Assembly: GCA_001769805.1 (NCBI GenBank)
Contig: MEPO01000021.1
Span: 64,836-128,835, forward strand
Source: Bdellovibrionales bacterium GWA1_52_35
GTDB taxonomy: Bacteria > Bdellovibrionota > UBA1018
Direction of reading: 5' to 3'
Length of the DNA stretch: 64,000 nucleotides
Made by a program: the position numbers and the translations under genes
Notes under the pieces: model-generated
Seen by the model: only the letters and a program-made list of their open reading frames with translations
Databases searched by the model: none
Told to the model about the DNA's origin: nothing
In this document: positions 1 to 8,687 of the stretch, piece after piece
How positions within the stretch are numbered: position 1 is the first letter of the stretch
How the letters are laid out: every line of letters begins with the position of its first letter

Positions 1-1522
1 AGATCTGGGGATGATCGCTGCCGAGTACAATCTGGTGGAACATCATACCGCCGCTTCCGAGCAACAGGCGATGAAACTACCAGCCCTGCCCGCCCCCGAA
101 GACATGGCCAGTCCAAAACGTGTCGATTTGAGGCAGGTTCCGTTCATCACGATTGACGGAGAAACCGCGCGCGATTTCGATGATGCCGTTTATGTTGAAC
201 GCGACCGCTCGGGATTCATTCTCTGGGTGGCCATTGCCGATGTCAGTCACTATGTCCAACCGGGATGTGCAATTGATAAAGACGCTCGGGAACGCGGCAC
301 CAGTGTCTACTTTCCGGAACGCGCCTTTCACATGCTCCCGCGCGCACTTTCCGAGAACCTCTGCAGCCTCAAGCCAAACGAGCCCAGACTCGCATTTGCC
401 GTGAAAATCAAATATGACCGAAATGGCGTTCCTGGTGCGACCGAGCTGTTTGAGGCGGTGATCCAAAGTCGCCGTCGCGCGACATATACCGAGATTTTTG
501 CGGAATGGGAACTGAATCGCAAAAACTCCGATTGGGAATTCGCCCAGCATTTCGGCCTATTCCTGGCTCTTCGCAAGGCTCGTCTTGAACGCGGTTCCAT
601 TGATTTTGACCTTCCCGAACCCGAACTCCGGGTAACACCCGAGGGCGAGGTCCTGTCAATCAACCAGAGGCCGCGTAACGATGCTCATCGTCTGATCGAA
701 GAGTTCATGATCGGCGCAAATGAGGCTGTCACCCGCTGGATCATGGAGCGAAGCTGGCCCTTTGTTTATCGCGTTCATGATGATCCGTCGCCCGAATCAC
801 TCGAAGGCTTCCGCGCAATCGCGGCGACCGTCGGCGTCCGGTTCTCCAGCAAAGAGGCCGGTTCACAGAAATTCATGGCCGATATTATTCGAAGGCTGGA
901 GGGACATCCTGCACAGGCACTTTTGAACATGTCCTTTCTGCGGTCCCTCAAGCAGGCAGTTTACAGCGCCGAGCACGGAACCCACTATGGTCTGGCCTCC
1001 GAAGCCTACACTCACTTCACGAGTCCTATTCGACGCTATCCGGATCTTGTGGTGCACCGGATGCTTCGAATGGCCCTGCAGACCGAGCGCGACAGACAGA
1101 AGAAGCCTAAAACTTTGGTTCTGGAAAATATCGAGAAAGACCTCGCCGAAGTCGCCGAGCATTGCAGCTACCGGGAGAGACTTGCGACTGAAGCTGAGCG
1201 GGAATCGATCCGCTTGAAGCAGGTCCGCGCGATCCTGGCTCATCTGGGTTCGGATTTTGAAGCAAAAGTGGTCGGTTTCTCTCAAAACGGCATCTTTATG
1301 CAGATTGATGAGCCCTACTGTGAAGGCATGATCCCAAAAGATTCCCTCACGGATGACATGTACGAGTTCGATGAAGAGCACATGACGTTCCGGGGAAGAC
1401 GCAAAAAGGTGCTGTACCGGGTCGGCGATCGCCTCACGATCCAGGTGGTCAAAGCGGATCTTGAACGGCGCCAGATTGAACTCAAACTTCTGCCCACAAC
1501 TAGGCAAATTTCGCCGCGTTGA
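1..1522 (+). CDS. rnr: Ribonuclease R (RNB + S1 domains), 5'-truncated by the window edge
   Basis: FITIDGETARDFDDA catalytic motif, HFTSPIRRYPDL, C-terminal S1 domain. N-terminal cold-shock domains are absent, so the true start lies upstream of the window. Confidence 0.92.
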   Translation, partial: DLGMIAAEYNLVEHHTAASEQQAMKLPALPAPEDMASPKRVDLRQVPFITIDGETARDFDDAVYVERDRSGFILWVAIADVSHYVQPGCAIDKDARERGTSVYFPERAFHMLPRALSENLCSLKPNEPRLAFAVKIKYDRNGVPGATELFEAVIQSRRRATYTEIFAEWELNRKNSDWEFAQHFGLFLALRKARLERGSIDFDLPEPELRVTPEGEVLSINQRPRNDAHRLIEEFMIGANEAVTRWIMERSWPFVYRVHDDPSPESLEGFRAIAATVGVRFSSKEAGSQKFMADIIRRLEGHPAQALLNMSFLRSLKQAVYSAEHGTHYGLASEAYTHFTSPIRRYPDLVVHRMLRMALQTERDRQKKPKTLVLENIEKDLAEVAEHCSYRERLATEAERESIRLKQVRAILAHLGSDFEAKVVGFSQNGIFMQIDEPYCEGMIPKDSLTDDMYEFDEEHMTFRGRRKKVLYRVGDRLTIQVVKADLERRQIELKLLPTTRQISPR

Positions 1523-1555
1523 CGATCTGGACGGCAACTGACATCCTAATAGTAA

Positions 1556-3256
1556 ATGCAGTGGATTAAAACCGGACGGCAGCTCGGCCAGGCAGTTAAG
1601 AACGTTTCCCGCCTGCGCCAGATCACCGCCGTCCTTGGCAAATACGGATTTGTGGATATCGTGGAGCGAATGCACCTGGGTAGATTTCTACCTACGCGAG
1701 TTGCCCAATTCGCCCAGGACCAGGCCGAGAAAACCGTCGCTGAACGCCTGCGTCTGGCTTTCGAGGAACTCGGACCCACTTTCGTCAAACTCGGACAGCT
1801 GCTGTCCACCCGCTCTGATATTTTACCCGACGCCTATATTGAGGAATTCACGAAACTGCAGGACAATGTGCAGCCACTGCCCTTCGATACGGTCAAAGGC
1901 ATCATCGAAAAGCAACTGGCCCGCCCGCTCGCGGATGCTTATGTATCCTTTACTGAAACCCCCTTGGCTGCGGCCAGCATTGGACAGGTTCACGAGGCGA
2001 CGCTGAAAACCGGCGAAACCGTGGTCGTGAAAGTCCAGCGTCCCGACATTCAGAAGATTATTGAAAACGATATTTCACTCCTCGCTTTTCTGGCTGGACT
2101 GCTCGAAAAATACATTCCGGAGACCCGCGTACTCAATCCGGGCGTGATCGTGGATGAGTTCTTCCGAACATTGACTTCGGAACTCGATTTCAAAATTGAA
2201 GCGAACAACATGGTTCGAGTCGCGGAAAATCTGAAAGGTTTTCCCGAAATAGTGATTCCCAAGGTTTACCGGCAATTCAGCACGGTAAAAATTCTGACTT
2301 TGGAAAAACTCGACGGAATCCCGGCCAATGATCTTGCAGCAATTGAGAGAGCCAACGTAGACAAGAAGCTGCTGGTCGAAGTCGGGGCTCGTGCTTTCGT
2401 TAAATCGGTCATGATTGACGGCCTCTTCCATGGAGACATGCATGGCGGCAATCTGCTGATCATTCCGGGAACCGATCCCGAGACGGGCGCACCGAAGGGG
2501 AAGCTCGGAATCATAGACTTCGGAATTGTGGGCCGGCTTTCGCAGCGCTCGCGCGATCAACTTGCCAACATGGTCATGGCCCTAATCAGCGAGGACTTCG
2601 AGAACCTCTGCTATATTTACGCGGAGCTCGGAGCGGCCGATCCCTCGATCAACTTCGAAGGCTTCCAGCGCGAAGTTCGCAATAACATCGCACCACTCAT
2701 GGGTCTTACGCTCGGCGAGATCAACGTCGGACAGGTCCTCTCGGAATCGACCCGCATTGCCGCAAAGTACAACATCCAGATTCCCGGAGAGTGGATGATT
2801 GTCTTTAAGGCTATTCTCACTATGGAAAGCCTGGGTCGCACGCTGGATCCTGAGTTCGATCTCCTGCGGCTTGGACAGGATATCGCGAAAGAACTGGTAG
2901 CCAATCAATACTCGATGCAACGGCTCTCAAAGGATCTCTTGTGGGTTGCAAAAGACATGGCATCCCTCCTTCAGGTTGTGCCCCGGCAGATCCGCTGGAT
3001 GTTCCGGAAGTTCAACAGCAACGACTTTGCTTTCGAAATCAAATCTCCCGACCTGGAGGCGATTCGCGGCGAGATCGATCAGCACGGCAGGCGCACCAGT
3101 CTCAGCGTCATCACGGCGGGACTTTTCATGGCCGGAGCGATCGGCCTGCAATATTCCGGATCACACACGCTGTTCAGCTATCCGTTTTTCTCGATCATCT
3201 TTTTCGCCGCCGGCTTTCTCTTCCTCATCACCTTGCTTCTGAAATCATTTCGATAA
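1556..3256 (+). CDS. ABC1/UbiB-family atypical protein kinase
   Basis: LGPTFVKLGQLLSTR, AAASIGQVH, VVVKVQRP, FHGDMHGGN and IIDFG motifs; two C-terminal TM helices. Confidence 0.9.
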   Translation: MQWIKTGRQLGQAVKNVSRLRQITAVLGKYGFVDIVERMHLGRFLPTRVAQFAQDQAEKTVAERLRLAFEELGPTFVKLGQLLSTRSDILPDAYIEEFTKLQDNVQPLPFDTVKGIIEKQLARPLADAYVSFTETPLAAASIGQVHEATLKTGETVVVKVQRPDIQKIIENDISLLAFLAGLLEKYIPETRVLNPGVIVDEFFRTLTSELDFKIEANNMVRVAENLKGFPEIVIPKVYRQFSTVKILTLEKLDGIPANDLAAIERANVDKKLLVEVGARAFVKSVMIDGLFHGDMHGGNLLIIPGTDPETGAPKGKLGIIDFGIVGRLSQRSRDQLANMVMALISEDFENLCYIYAELGAADPSINFEGFQREVRNNIAPLMGLTLGEINVGQVLSESTRIAAKYNIQIPGEWMIVFKAILTMESLGRTLDPEFDLLRLGQDIAKELVANQYSMQRLSKDLLWVAKDMASLLQVVPRQIRWMFRKFNSNDFAFEIKSPDLEAIRGEIDQHGRRTSLSVITAGLFMAGAIGLQYSGSHTLFSYPFFSIIFFAAGFLFLITLLLKSFR

Positions 3257-3408
3257 TCGCCGCCCGATTTTTTCTACTCGTCCGATTTAAAAAAAGCTCT
3301 TTCTTGAAATTTGCACTTGTTTGCATGTTGCAAAATGCTTTAGGGTGCACCGTATCAAACCCATTCGCAGGAGGCGGGTGATCAACAAAGCAAGAGAGAG
3401 GAATATTA

Positions 3409-4143
3409 ATGACCCCATTTCAAAAAAAATCCGCACACGCAGCCCTGGCTGTAATGGCAGTACTGGCATTCGGAGCCTGCAACACGACCCAAGGACAGGT
3501 GCTCGGCGCAGGACAAGTGGCTGGACCTTCCGCTCAGACTCCCGCCGGGAGCAGCAGTGGTGGTGGCAACGGTACGGAAACCAAAGCAGCTTTGGGAAAT
3601 GGCTGCCATAGTGGTGACAGCAGCAAATACTGCGTCGCCCTCAAATACGTAGTTATGAAAGACGCCAATGATGCTCCGGCGATCAGCCAGGCTGAGACGC
3701 TGGCCAACCTCGAGAGCATGAACAAAATCTGGTCTCAATGTGGAATCACTTTCCAGATTGACCAGTATGAAGAAGTGACCCCGAGTGGCGGCGTATCGGC
3801 CAGCCCGAGCGCAATGGGCGAGCTCGATACGATCCGCAATGCCTACGGTGACGACACCACCCTGCTGGTGGCAACGACTGCCGGCTCCTGGTCACTGTCT
3901 GCGAACGCCTGGACCTCCATGCCCGGAAGCGCACCTTACGGCGCCGTGATCGAGGGGGCGGTCGGAGCGTATGCACCGATCATCGCCCATGAAATCGGAC
4001 ATTACCTGAGTCTTGATCACGTATCGAATCAAGCCGAGCTGATGAATCCGGTGATTTACAGCACTTCGACCCAACTCTCCGAAGGCGAATGTACCGCAGC
4101 CCGTGCCTCGATCGATCAGTCCTGGGCTAAAATGGTCAGATAG
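3409..4143 (+). CDS. Lipoprotein metzincin (matrixin-like) zinc metallopeptidase
   Basis: Lipobox FGA-C; HEIGHYLSLDH (HExxHxxxxxH) followed by Met-turn LMNP; RBS GAGGA upstream. Confidence 0.75.
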   Translation: MTPFQKKSAHAALAVMAVLAFGACNTTQGQVLGAGQVAGPSAQTPAGSSSGGGNGTETKAALGNGCHSGDSSKYCVALKYVVMKDANDAPAISQAETLANLESMNKIWSQCGITFQIDQYEEVTPSGGVSASPSAMGELDTIRNAYGDDTTLLVATTAGSWSLSANAWTSMPGSAPYGAVIEGAVGAYAPIIAHEIGHYLSLDHVSNQAELMNPVIYSTSTQLSEGECTAARASIDQSWAKMVR

Positions 4144-4185
4144 TCGATTAACACTGCGCACAATAGCCGATAATCAAAGCGTTAA

Positions 4186-4216
4186 GACAAGAGCGGGGAT
4201 TCTCTCCGCTCTTGTC
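4186..4216. terminator. Strong hairpin between the peptidase gene and pruA (terminator or 5'UTR stem)
   Basis: GACAAGAGCGG-GGATTCTCT-CCGCTCTTGTC: perfect 11-bp inverted repeat; only a weak T tract follows. Confidence 0.5.
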
Positions 4217-4247
4217 CTCGTTTAGGGAATGTGCGAATTTCCCTTAC

Positions 4248-5876
4248 ATGGACGCAATCAATAAAATTCCAACCCCAGTCAATGAACCCATCCGTGCTTA
4301 CGAGCCCGGATCTTCCCATCGCGAAAGCCTGAAGCGGCAACTGAATGCGATGGTTGCAGAGCGAACCGAAGTACCGATTTTCATCGGCGGCAAAGAGATT
4401 CGCACGGGAAAGAAAAAACCCATCATCATGCCCCACTCTCACCAAGAGCTGTTGGGTGAGTATCACGTGGCGGGTGCCGCAGAAATGAAGCTCGCCGTTG
4501 AAGCATCCCTCAAAGCCAAGCCCGCATGGGAAAACATGCACTGGAAAGACCGCGCTGCGATTTTTCTGAAAGCCGGCGAACTTCTAGCAGGCCCCTATCG
4601 CGACATCCTCAATGCCGCAACGATGCTCGGCCAATCGAAGAACCCGTTCCAGGCAGAAATCGATTCGGCCTGTGAGTTGATCGACTTCTTCCGTTTCAAT
4701 ACATATTTTTATCAACGTATTCTTGAAGAGCAGCCTATCTCCCCCACTGGAACTTGGAACCAGATGGACTATCGCCCGCTCGAAGGTTTCGTCCTTGCGG
4801 TGACGCCTTTCAACTTCACTTCGATCGCTGGGAATTTGCCCTCCGCTCCGGCCATCTGCGGAAATACCGTGATCTGGAAGCCCGCGAGTTCCTCAATGCT
4901 CTCTGCGCATTTCATAATGAAGCTTTTCCGTGAAGCCGGGCTCCCCGACGGCGTCATCAACCTCGTCCCGAGCGACGGCGCGACGGTCAGCTCAACCCTG
5001 CTTCCAGACCGGCACCTGGCCGGTGTGCACTTCACGGGTTCCACCAGCACTTTCAACTCCATCTGGAGAACTGTTGGAAACAATCTGGAGCAATACGGAT
5101 CCTACCCGCGCCTGGTGGGCGAGACCGGTGGAAAGGATTTTGTTTTTGTTCATCCATCCGCTGATACCGATGCGGTTGCGGTCGCACTTCTCCGGGGAGC
5201 TTTTGAATATCAGGGGCAGAAGTGTTCTGCCGCCTCGCGATCCTATATTCCAAAAAGCCTGTGGAAGAAAATCCAAACCCGCCTGATTGATGATCTCAAA
5301 ACCCTCAAAATGGGTGATGTCCGCGACTTCAGGAACTTTGTGAATGCCGTCATTGACGAGAAAGCATTCAAAAGCATCAGCGGCTATATTGATCTCGCCC
5401 GCGACACCCCGGAAGCAAAAATCATCTCCGGTGGCAAATGCGATTCCAGCAAAGGCTACTTCATTGAGCCCACGGTCATCCAGGCGAATAACCCGAAGTT
5501 CAAGACCATGGTCGAGGAAATCTTCGGCCCGGTGCTGAGCATCTTTGTTTATGAAGACAATCGCATGGAGGAAGCTCTGAAATCCTGCGACGAAGATTCA
5601 CCCTACGGATTGACCGGTGCAGTATTCGCCCAAGACCGGCAAGCGATTGCGGCAATTAATCAGCGCCTGAGACATGCGGCGGGTAATTTCTATATCAACG
5701 ACAAGCCCACTGGCGCAGTTGTCGGTCAACAGCCCTTTGGTGGCGCCCGTGGATCAGGGACTGATGACAAGGCTGGAAGCCAGCTGAATATTTACCGCTG
5801 GATCGCCGCCCGGTCAATCAAAGAGACCTTTGTTCCGCCCAAGGATTATCGTTATCCCTTCCTGAACGCGGAATAG
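4248..5876 (+). CDS. pruA: L-glutamate gamma-semialdehyde (P5C) dehydrogenase
   Basis: ALDH motifs PFNFT, HFTGS, ETGGKDF, YQGQKCSA, EEIFGP, NDKPTGAVVGQQPFGG. ATG 4248 preferred over the track's TTG start at 4212. Confidence 0.93.
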   Translation: MDAINKIPTPVNEPIRAYEPGSSHRESLKRQLNAMVAERTEVPIFIGGKEIRTGKKKPIIMPHSHQELLGEYHVAGAAEMKLAVEASLKAKPAWENMHWKDRAAIFLKAGELLAGPYRDILNAATMLGQSKNPFQAEIDSACELIDFFRFNTYFYQRILEEQPISPTGTWNQMDYRPLEGFVLAVTPFNFTSIAGNLPSAPAICGNTVIWKPASSSMLSAHFIMKLFREAGLPDGVINLVPSDGATVSSTLLPDRHLAGVHFTGSTSTFNSIWRTVGNNLEQYGSYPRLVGETGGKDFVFVHPSADTDAVAVALLRGAFEYQGQKCSAASRSYIPKSLWKKIQTRLIDDLKTLKMGDVRDFRNFVNAVIDEKAFKSISGYIDLARDTPEAKIISGGKCDSSKGYFIEPTVIQANNPKFKTMVEEIFGPVLSIFVYEDNRMEEALKSCDEDSPYGLTGAVFAQDRQAIAAINQRLRHAAGNFYINDKPTGAVVGQQPFGGARGSGTDDKAGSQLNIYRWIAARSIKETFVPPKDYRYPFLNAE

Positions 5877-5881
5877 TGATT

Positions 5882-6943
5882 TTATACCTGAAGGTTCGCA
5901 AATCCACGACTGGCAAGCGTCAATAATGACAGCTTGTATAGCAATCGTGCGCCAACGTTTGCGTCCCATTCGTCTGCCCGGTTTTTAAGATTCGGAGCGA
6001 CTTCATTCAAGTCAAAACCAATGATTTTCTTCCCTGCATGAACGAGCATCCAAAGAATGTGGCTCGCTTCGCTATACGAAAGCCCACCCGGAACCGGGGT
6101 ACCGGTATGCGGACAAAACTGAGGATCGAGTCCATCGATATCAAAAGAAATCCAGACCTCTTCCGGCAAAGCATAAAGAACATCACGCCCGATATCCCAC
6201 CACGCTGTTCCTTCGAATTTGCGCCTTGAGAGATCCCGATCCAGAAAGATTTTTACCCGATCCTTCTGTTTACGGGTGTACTCGAATTCTTCTTCGCAAT
6301 AATCACGAATGCCGATCTGTACCAGCTTTGTCACTTCTGGAATCTTCTCGAGCACGTTGTACATGATTGAAGCATGCGACCAGGTGAAGCCCTCAAAAGC
6401 CCGGCGGGTATCCGAGTGGGCGTCAAAATGAAGAATTCCAAAGGACTGATGCTGCTCGGCGACGGCCCGAAGCGCTCCAAAAGGAACAGAATGATCTCCT
6501 CCGACTATCCCGACGATCTTGTCCTGAGAAAGAAGCTGCTTGGTTTCCCTGTATACGAATTCATTTAGTCGGACGCCCGCCTCGTTCACCAGCTTCTGTG
6601 CCGCCAAGAGCTTCTTGTTTCCTCGAGGAATGTCACCCCCGACTGCGATGATCTTCTCCGCCGCTTGCCGGGCGCGCCGGTTCAAGGTTCGGAGTTCCCG
6701 GGATTCCGGACGCATGAATATTCCAGCTTCGTAAGCCCGTGGCAGGTCGAGATCGAAGAGATCCACCTGACGACTGGCCTCCAGGATAGCGGCAGGCCCC
6801 TGAGATGTCCCCCCCCCATATGAAGTGGTTGCCTCCCAAGAAACTGGGATCAGAACCAGCTGAGATTCCGTCTCGGTAAACGGCAAACCGAAGATTCCGG
6901 AATCAGAGGCGGAGGCGGCGTTAGGATCAAATTTTTTCGTCAT
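5882..6943 (-). CDS. Ureohydrolase (agmatinase/arginase/formimidoylglutamase family)
   Basis: GGDHS, HFDAHSD, SFDIDGLDP, PHTGTPVPGG Mn-binding motifs. Confidence 0.88.
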   Translation of the reverse strand: MTKKFDPNAASASDSGIFGLPFTETESQLVLIPVSWEATTSYGGGTSQGPAAILEASRQVDLFDLDLPRAYEAGIFMRPESRELRTLNRRARQAAEKIIAVGGDIPRGNKKLLAAQKLVNEAGVRLNEFVYRETKQLLSQDKIVGIVGGDHSVPFGALRAVAEQHQSFGILHFDAHSDTRRAFEGFTWSHASIMYNVLEKIPEVTKLVQIGIRDYCEEEFEYTRKQKDRVKIFLDRDLSRRKFEGTAWWDIGRDVLYALPEEVWISFDIDGLDPQFCPHTGTPVPGGLSYSEASHILWMLVHAGKKIIGFDLNEVAPNLKNRADEWDANVGARLLYKLSLLTLASRGFANLQV

Positions 6944-7015
6944 AAAGGTTTGTCGCTATTTTCTGGTCTATCTGTCAAGCGCCTGAAGTGATATTCAATT
7001 TTCAAGGATCCATTC

Positions 7016-7393
7016 ATGATAACGCGTGGCGACGCCCAAAGACCCTCAACCTACATTCAATACCGCAAAGGTCTTTGCGATGATTGCTGGGGCGGATGCT
7101 GCACCTTACCCGTTGAGGTCAGCGCCAACGACCTGATCCGGCTCGAACTGATCACGGAAGAAGAGGCCGCCATTTCCCTGAAAAAAGTCGCCCAGAAGCT
7201 GATGAAGGTCAAAATAATCCAGGCCTATCATCAGAAATCGCAGCTTTTCGTTCTGGAGCAACGCTATGGACGCGACTGCATTTACCTGAACAAGGACCGT
7301 CGCTGCACTGTTTACCTGAAGCGCCCGGAAGTCTGCCGGGCCTTCCCCAAAATCGGACCGAAGCCCGGCTTCTGCCCTTACAGGAGAAAATAA
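7016..7393 (+). CDS. YkgJ-family cysteine-cluster protein
   Basis: CDDCWGGCC, CIYL, CTVYLKRPEVCRAFP pattern. Confidence 0.8.
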   Translation: MITRGDAQRPSTYIQYRKGLCDDCWGGCCTLPVEVSANDLIRLELITEEEAAISLKKVAQKLMKVKIIQAYHQKSQLFVLEQRYGRDCIYLNKDRRCTVYLKRPEVCRAFPKIGPKPGFCPYRRK

Positions 7394-8604
7394 TGAAATC
7401 CCATCTTACTCGAAATATCTTCGCAGGATTTTTGGGTCTAGCTTACGTCACTTCGCTGCATGCTGCAGACCGGGCAGTTTTGGCGTCGAACACTTTTGGA
7501 GAGCGACTTTTCAATGAACTCTCTCAAGGCTCGCCCGCAGGCAATATCATTTTTTCGCCGTTCAGTATTTCAACTGCGCTGGCCATGCTGGCTGGAGGGG
7601 CCTCGGGCAAGACCGCTGCTCAATTTTATCAAACTTTTGGCGTGAGATCTTCACCTGTGGAATTTCAAACAGGTTTCGGGAAACTCTCAAAGCAGCTCTC
7701 GGTACCCGGTTTTGAATCCGCCAACCGCATCTGGGTCGATCAACGTTTTTCCATTCTGCCCGGCTATGGCCAGTTTACCCGGAAGCATTACGGCGCCGAA
7801 GCTGAGAAGCTGAATTTTCAGAAAGAGGCCGAAGCCTCCCGATTGGCGATCAACAATTGGGTTGAAGACAGAACCAGGAACCGCATCAAAGACCTCTTCA
7901 AACCTGGCGACATTACCCCGACGACTCGCCTCGTTCTGGCTAATGCGGTCTATTTCAAGGCGCTCTGGGAGAAGGCGTTTAAACAACAGAAAACTGAAAA
8001 GGCCGATTTCAAAATGATGAACGCAAAGAAATCAAAAACCGTTTTGGTTCCAATGATGCAGCAGCAGTCCGTTTTTGAATACCTTGAAACTCCGAAATTC
8101 CAGGCGATCGCGTTGCCCTACAAGGACGGTGGGCTGACCGCCCTGGTTCTGCTTCCCAGAGAGGCTTCACAAAAAGCTATGTTAGCGCTCCAAAAAGAGC
8201 TGCGCCCGGCAAAGCTTGAAGAACTACTGAACTCGAGACTCTCCCCTACAGAGGTAAAAGTGTTTTTGCCCAGATTCACCTTCAGCCTGACCTCCGATTT
8301 GAATCCCCTGCTCGCAAAAATGGGGATCGTGGATGCTTTCCGACCCGGAAAGGCTGACTTCTCCAAAATCAGCGGGAACAAGGATCTGTCAGTATCCAAA
8401 GCGGTCCATAAGGCCTTCATTGAGGTGAATGAGGAGGGGACGGAGGCGGCGGCGGCAACCGGAATGTCCATGGGGATCACCTCTATGCCGACCGAAGAAG
8501 CGGTGGTTTTCCGCGCCGATCACCCTTTCTTGTTTCTGGTGATTGACCGGAATTCGGGCACTGTTCTGTTTGCTGCCCGAGTCATGAACCCCGCTGAACA
8601 TTAG
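7393..8604 (+). CDS. Secreted serpin (serine protease inhibitor)
   Basis: Signal peptide; NIIFSPFSIS, LANAVYFKALW, hinge EEGTEAAAAT, FRADHPFLF. Confidence 0.93.
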   Translation: MKSHLTRNIFAGFLGLAYVTSLHAADRAVLASNTFGERLFNELSQGSPAGNIIFSPFSISTALAMLAGGASGKTAAQFYQTFGVRSSPVEFQTGFGKLSKQLSVPGFESANRIWVDQRFSILPGYGQFTRKHYGAEAEKLNFQKEAEASRLAINNWVEDRTRNRIKDLFKPGDITPTTRLVLANAVYFKALWEKAFKQQKTEKADFKMMNAKKSKTVLVPMMQQQSVFEYLETPKFQAIALPYKDGGLTALVLLPREASQKAMLALQKELRPAKLEELLNSRLSPTEVKVFLPRFTFSLTSDLNPLLAKMGIVDAFRPGKADFSKISGNKDLSVSKAVHKAFIEVNEEGTEAAAATGMSMGITSMPTEEAVVFRADHPFLFLVIDRNSGTVLFAARVMNPAEH

Positions 8605-8687
8605 ATCGGCAGAATTCCGAAGTAAACCAATGCTGCAGTGGCCCATCCCTTTGATTTTTGGGCTCGATTTGGGTACTGTGACACGCT

